DNA of 64,000 nucleotides from Sedimentisphaerales bacterium (GTDB lineage Bacteria; Planctomycetota; Phycisphaerae; Sedimentisphaerales; UBA12454): NCBI GenBank assembly GCA_016930635.1, contig JAFGGI010000047.1, positions 27,538 to 91,537 of the forward strand, read 5' to 3'. Shown piece by piece: positions 60,131 to 64,000 of this stretch (position 1 is its first letter; each line of letters starts with the position of its first letter). The notes under the pieces were generated by a model. It saw only the letters and a program-made list of their open reading frames with translations, ran no database searches and was not told where the DNA came from. The position numbers and the translations under genes were made by a program.

Positions 60131-62335
60131 CTATAATGTATCCTTCCAGATGAACTTAACCCTGAGTATGAACCACATATCTCTTTCAATATAAAGTGGC
60201 TTTCCAAACGAATCATATTGTTTTCTCCCCTCCTTGTTGATATTGGCAGTTTTACTTATTTCTTCATTTGTTTGCGGATCAACAAGAACAAGCTCGCTTT
60301 TGACAATATCAGCAGAACTGCTCGATTTTAATCCGAGTGAAATATCTCTTGAAGATTTACGGCCGGTTGCAGCAATAGCAGCATTCTCGTCTAATTCCTC
60401 ATCAGCAACTCGTATTTTCAGTTGTCTTATTCCTATACCTTCGGGCATCTGCCGATCTTCCAGGTCTACATGTCCTGTTTCAAGCTTGAAATGTTTAATA
60501 TCGTTTTTCTGAAATATTTCAAAAGGACAATTGGCATCAATAACCTTGTCAAGATTGAGCATACGTGTAACAACTCCCCATTGTTGCCTGTTCTCCCCGA
60601 CACCTGCTGGATCCATAAGCTCTCCGATCCTTGAGTAAGGACTAAATCCCTCGATAACCACAACAAATCCTTTCGCATTCTTTTGGACGTCTTTTGAAGC
60701 AGTTTCAGTGGATATTCTTCGATCCTGGTTGCTGCTTTGATAACTGATTGTTGAACTGCTTTTTACGAAATTTTTAGGTCTGTCAACATCAAGCGAAGTC
60801 TCAGCAAGATCATCTGTATATTTGACACCAAAGCTTGTTATGAAAACCTGCTTTCTCTCATTTCTTGGGAATTGTTTAATCTTTGCTATATCTCCTTTGG
60901 AGTAAGCGTCGTATAGTTCTGCCTGAGAAGGATTGTTTTCCTTATTGGGTAATGTTTTGAGGATTGTTTCATGCAGTAAAGGTATAATATTACGGTATTC
61001 GAAAAGTTTGAACTGTTCATCAATTTTATTCTGAGATTCGTTGCTTCTTGTATTTTGGGAGCTGAAATCGCTTTTGATCTTTTTTGCTTTCTGTAAAATA
61101 CTTTTTACATTACTCTCTATACTCATGTATTCCTGGCTGGAGCATGTTTTTAAGTCAATATTTGTTTTAAGCAAAGCCAGCAGTGAAACAACCAGTAGTA
61201 TAGCTGCAGCTATGATAAAATATTTGCTTTTCTGTGCCCACAGCATACTTCTCGCGATTTTTTTGGGCAAAAGGTTGCTTTGTATCTTTGCAGTTTTTAA
61301 TGCCTGCAGTCCCAGGCCATAAGCAATTGCAAAGTCGGAGATGTTTTCATGTAATTTGGCACTGGAGATACTTTGTGCCGGTATGAGTTTTTCAAAAGCG
61401 TCAGGTCTTGCAGCTGGTATTTGTGTTGTCTGTTGAATGTATTTGTTCAGGCCTTGAAGTCTGAGGCCGCCGCCGAACAGGACTATTTTGCTAAAGGTCG
61501 TATCTTTGTGACTGCTGCTGTAATATCCCAGAGAACGCTGCACTTCTGTACCAAAATCAGTGAAGACCGGTTTCATAGCATGAAAAATCTGTCTTGCGTA
61601 TTTGCTTACCGGGGCTCCGCGTTTTAGTTTCTCAGCCTTTTCAAAATTTAACTTAAATGCTTCTGCTATGATTCTTGTGAATTTATTCCCGCCCAGCGGA
61701 ATACACCTTTGCCAGACAGATGTTTTTGTGCAGACAACGAGATTTGTGTTGTCTGCCCCCATGTCAAGCAGGATTACCGCATTTTTATCTGCCTCATCAA
61801 GATCTGTTCTGTCAAACCATGCGTAGTTGTACAATGCTATAGGAGCCATTTGCACAATAGATATCCTGATATTTTCAGCAGAAAAATTTTCAAGATATTT
61901 GCTGACGAGTTCGTTTTTTATAGCGAAGATACCAACTTCAGTATCAGGGCTGTCGAGTTTGGGCATAAGCTGCCAGTCCCATTCAACTTCGTTAATATCG
62001 AACGGGATTTGCTGGACCGCTTCGAATTTTACAATTTCAGGTACACGTTTTTCCTCGACAGGCGGAAGCTTAATAAATCTTGCAAAGCTTGTTTGTCCCG
62101 GCACAGAAATAGCAATAAGGTCTTTTCCTAATTCGTTCCTTTCCGCAAAGATGTGCAGAGACTCACGTATGATTTGATTTTTTTCTTCTTCCGAAGTCTC
62201 AGTGAATATACTTTGGGTGTGCTCGATGTAATCGAGTCCGATCACTTCGATCTTTTCATCACTTTGTCTTAGACGCAGTGCTTTGAGCGAATTATTTCCA
62301 ATGTCGATAGCCCATACAGACTTTGCTGCCGGCAT
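60131..62335 (-). CDS. PilM-like actin-fold ATPase fused to a transmembrane segment and a large C-terminal domain
   Basis: The N-terminus ...SVWAIDIGNNSLKALRL... and ...VILLDMGADNTNLVV... are typical of type IV pilus assembly PilM. There is a TM at ...YFIIAAAILLVVSLLALL... (PilN-like position), then about 350 aa unassigned. Confidence 0.65.
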   Translation of the reverse strand: MPAAKSVWAIDIGNNSLKALRLRQSDEKIEVIGLDYIEHTQSIFTETSEEEKNQIIRESLHIFAERNELGKDLIAISVPGQTSFARFIKLPPVEEKRVPEIVKFEAVQQIPFDINEVEWDWQLMPKLDSPDTEVGIFAIKNELVSKYLENFSAENIRISIVQMAPIALYNYAWFDRTDLDEADKNAVILLDMGADNTNLVVCTKTSVWQRCIPLGGNKFTRIIAEAFKLNFEKAEKLKRGAPVSKYARQIFHAMKPVFTDFGTEVQRSLGYYSSSHKDTTFSKIVLFGGGLRLQGLNKYIQQTTQIPAARPDAFEKLIPAQSISSAKLHENISDFAIAYGLGLQALKTAKIQSNLLPKKIARSMLWAQKSKYFIIAAAILLVVSLLALLKTNIDLKTCSSQEYMSIESNVKSILQKAKKIKSDFSSQNTRSNESQNKIDEQFKLFEYRNIIPLLHETILKTLPNKENNPSQAELYDAYSKGDIAKIKQFPRNERKQVFITSFGVKYTDDLAETSLDVDRPKNFVKSSSTISYQSSNQDRRISTETASKDVQKNAKGFVVVIEGFSPYSRIGELMDPAGVGENRQQWGVVTRMLNLDKVIDANCPFEIFQKNDIKHFKLETGHVDLEDRQMPEGIGIRQLKIRVADEELDENAAIAATGRKSSRDISLGLKSSSSADIVKSELVLVDPQTNEEISKTANINKEGRKQYDSFGKPLYIERDMWFILRVKFIWKDTL

Positions 62336-62447
62336 TTTTCAACTACTCCAAATTAACAAGATAGACTATAATACTGATACAGGCTGAGAACTCAACATTT
62401 TACTTAAAAGTTCAGTCAAAATCAAGAACATTGAATTATAACATATT

Positions 62448-63731
62448 ATGAAGACTTTTGCTATAGATACTCTTGGATGTAAGGTAAATCAGTACGAATC
62501 CCAGCAGATTATCCAGTTTCTTTCCAACCACAACTTATTATACGTAAAAGACTTCCAAAAAGCTCAAATAATAATTATTCATACCTGTTGTGTGACACAT
62601 ATTGCCTCGTCAAAAAGCCGGCAACTCATCAGAAAAGCCCAAAAATTGAGCCCAAATGCAAAGGTAATAGTATCAGGATGTCTCGTAAGTGCTGCTAATA
62701 AAGAACTTATGAACCTTGACGAAAAACTCATTTTTGCCGGCGACCTTAAGAGCCTGTTGGCACTTTTAGAAAAGGAATTAATAAATTCCGGAATCGATTG
62801 TAAGTCTATTGATAGCAAGGAATTAACAATTGAGAGGTTCTGCGGTCAAACACGGGCATTTCTAAAAATCCAGGATGGCTGCGATGGATTCTGCTCATAT
62901 TGCATCATCCCCAAAACCAGGCCAAATATCACTTTCAAGCCGATGGATAAGGTTATAGCAGAGGCGCAAAACCTTGTAAACGCGGGACATAAGGAAATTG
63001 TCCTGACGGGGATTTTTCTCGGTGCCTATGGCCAGGATACCGTAAAACGTAAAAAATGGGAAAATGAGGAAAATGAAAAGCTTGCGATACTTTTAGAAAA
63101 AGTAGCAAAGATTGGCGATCTTAAAAGAATCAGGCTCAGTTCATTAGAGCCAGCCGATGTTACAGACAGATTATTAGAGGTGATGAGAAATAATTGTAAC
63201 ATTATGCCTCACCTGCATTTATCACTTCAGTCGGGCTCGGATAAAATTCTTAAGAAGATGAATCGGCAGTACACAATTAAAGATTTCATTAAGTCTATTG
63301 AAAAAATAAAGACAGATCTCGACAGGCCTGCGATTACTACTGATATCATAATTGGCTTTCCAGGCGAAACAGTTCAGGATTTTGCTCAAAGCCTGTCAGT
63401 TGCTAAACTTGTGGGCTTTTCAAAAATACATATTTTCCCGTTCAGTAAAAGAGTTGGAACAGCAGCAGAAAAGCTGGGCGACCATTTAGATAAGAAAGTC
63501 ATAACGCAAAGAGTGTTAGCTATGCGCGATCTGGAAAAACGATTGGCTGAAAAGTTCAGAAAACAATTCGTTGGCGAAACCGCCCAGGTGCTTGTGGAAA
63601 ATGATGATAGGAATAGCGGAAAATGCGAGAGATATTATGAAATCTCAATAAAAACTGATAAAAAAATAGACAAAGGCACAATAGTGAAATGTAAAGTAAA
63701 TGAGGATGGAGTAACAGGGTGTAGGGTATAG
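62448..63731 (+). CDS. mtaB: tRNA methylthiotransferase, MtaB-like (radical SAM, MiaB family)
   Basis: N-terminal ...TLGCKVNQYESQ..., the radical-SAM cluster ...CDGFCSYCIIP..., and a C-terminal TRAM-like region. Confidence 0.8.
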   Translation: MKTFAIDTLGCKVNQYESQQIIQFLSNHNLLYVKDFQKAQIIIIHTCCVTHIASSKSRQLIRKAQKLSPNAKVIVSGCLVSAANKELMNLDEKLIFAGDLKSLLALLEKELINSGIDCKSIDSKELTIERFCGQTRAFLKIQDGCDGFCSYCIIPKTRPNITFKPMDKVIAEAQNLVNAGHKEIVLTGIFLGAYGQDTVKRKKWENEENEKLAILLEKVAKIGDLKRIRLSSLEPADVTDRLLEVMRNNCNIMPHLHLSLQSGSDKILKKMNRQYTIKDFIKSIEKIKTDLDRPAITTDIIIGFPGETVQDFAQSLSVAKLVGFSKIHIFPFSKRVGTAAEKLGDHLDKKVITQRVLAMRDLEKRLAEKFRKQFVGETAQVLVENDDRNSGKCERYYEISIKTDKKIDKGTIVKCKVNEDGVTGCRV

Positions 63732-63771
63732 GGTACAGGGCATAGAACAACAGGGTTTGTACCATAAAAAA

Positions 63772-63795
63772 CCCCGGCTGTTGGACAAGCCGGGG
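63772..63795 (-). terminator. rho-independent terminator for the right-edge minus-strand gene
   Basis: CCCCGGCT-gttggaca-AGCCGGGG forms an 8-bp GC-rich stem. On the minus strand it is followed by TTTTTT (A-run 63766-63771). It lies 23 nt after the stop at 63819-63821. Confidence 0.65.
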
Positions 63796-63818
63796 CTAAG
63801 AAAAAAGCAGCATTTGCT

Positions 63819-64000
63819 CTATTTTACGAGGTAAGATCTATTCGGGGCGGTAGGATTCCTGCCGTCATATGTGATTACTATTTCTCCGTTGCCGGAGATC
63901 TCGATCGTATCTGCTATGAGCTGGTTACCAAAGGTGTCGCCATTACCTGCCAAGTCTACTTGATTTCCGGAGAAGTATAATGTTCCCTCCAGGTTCAAGC
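63819..64000 (-). CDS. 3' end of an unidentified gene (C-terminal 59 codons), truncated by window edge
   Basis: The minus-strand frame is open from the edge: ...LNLEGTLYFSGNQVDLAGNGDTFGNQLIADTIEISGNGEIVITYDGRNPTAPNRSYLVK*. A terminator follows. It is below the 60-aa cutoff of the ORF track. Confidence 0.45.
   Translation of the reverse strand, partial: LNLEGTLYFSGNQVDLAGNGDTFGNQLIADTIEISGNGEIVITYDGRNPTAPNRSYLVK

Noticed and set aside
1-64000. CRISPR arrays, rRNA genes, prophage, toxin-antitoxin or recognisable defence-system genes
   Set aside because: I saw no regularly spaced direct repeats and no nuclease/helicase/methylase-type motifs in any ORF. The only repeats are the palindromic elements near 46.0 and 48.2 kb, the 48-bp gene-start duplication and the paralogous PEP-CTERM genes.

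Overview
This is a 64-kb, densely coding chromosomal window. I saw no rRNA, CRISPR array, transposase or integrase. All calls rest on reading the ORF translations and the DNA by eye; no searches were run.

Five blocks:
1. nt 1-29,812: an exosortase/PEP-CTERM-linked exopolysaccharide locus. It holds a Wzy-like polymerase, a pyruvyl-transferase-like gene, GT2 and GT4 glycosyltransferases, an N-acetyl-sugar amidotransferase, a Gfo/Idh/MocA oxidoreductase, a methyltransferase and a split Alg14/Alg13-type transferase. It also holds an exosortase fused to a nucleotidyltransferase/LbH module, a Wzc-like tyrosine-kinase co-polymerase, a priming phosphoglycosyl transferase and a 1388-aa TPR protein. 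Six tandem genes carry a 'PAP'-variant PEP-CTERM tail, and a Wza-like export lipoprotein lies on the opposite strand.
2. nt 30,001-43,207: an 18-gene minus-strand operon headed by rex. It encodes a group-4 membrane-bound [NiFe] hydrogenase, a full Mrp antiporter module and a HydB/HydG-like NAD(P)H module, with a near-consensus Rex operator upstream.
3. nt 43,329-45,894: a histidine kinase fused to a CoA-disulfide-reductase-like flavoprotein and a Cys-less rhodanese domain, followed by tRNA-Ser(UGA).
4. nt 46,000-56,869: palindromic intergenic repeats around a two-gene block, then an AraC-flanked KDG kinase/KDPG aldolase cluster with unusual flavoproteins.
5. nt 56,921-64,000: a PilM-like three-gene membrane module, mtaB, and a partial gene at the right edge.

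The most interesting signals:
- Three PEP-CTERM proteins carry both halves of the Cys-Gln thioester-domain signature known from Gram-positive adhesins.
- An IdeS/Mac-like cysteine protease carries an exosortase sorting tail.
- The exosortase is fused to a nucleotidyltransferase-like module, and the priming transferase carries a similar LbH module.
- The kinase-flavoprotein fusion sits next to a Rex-controlled, apparently NAD(P)H-linked, ion-translocating hydrogenase.

The gene content suggests an anaerobic PVC-type bacterium, possibly Planctomycetota/Phycisphaerae-like. That is a low-confidence inference.
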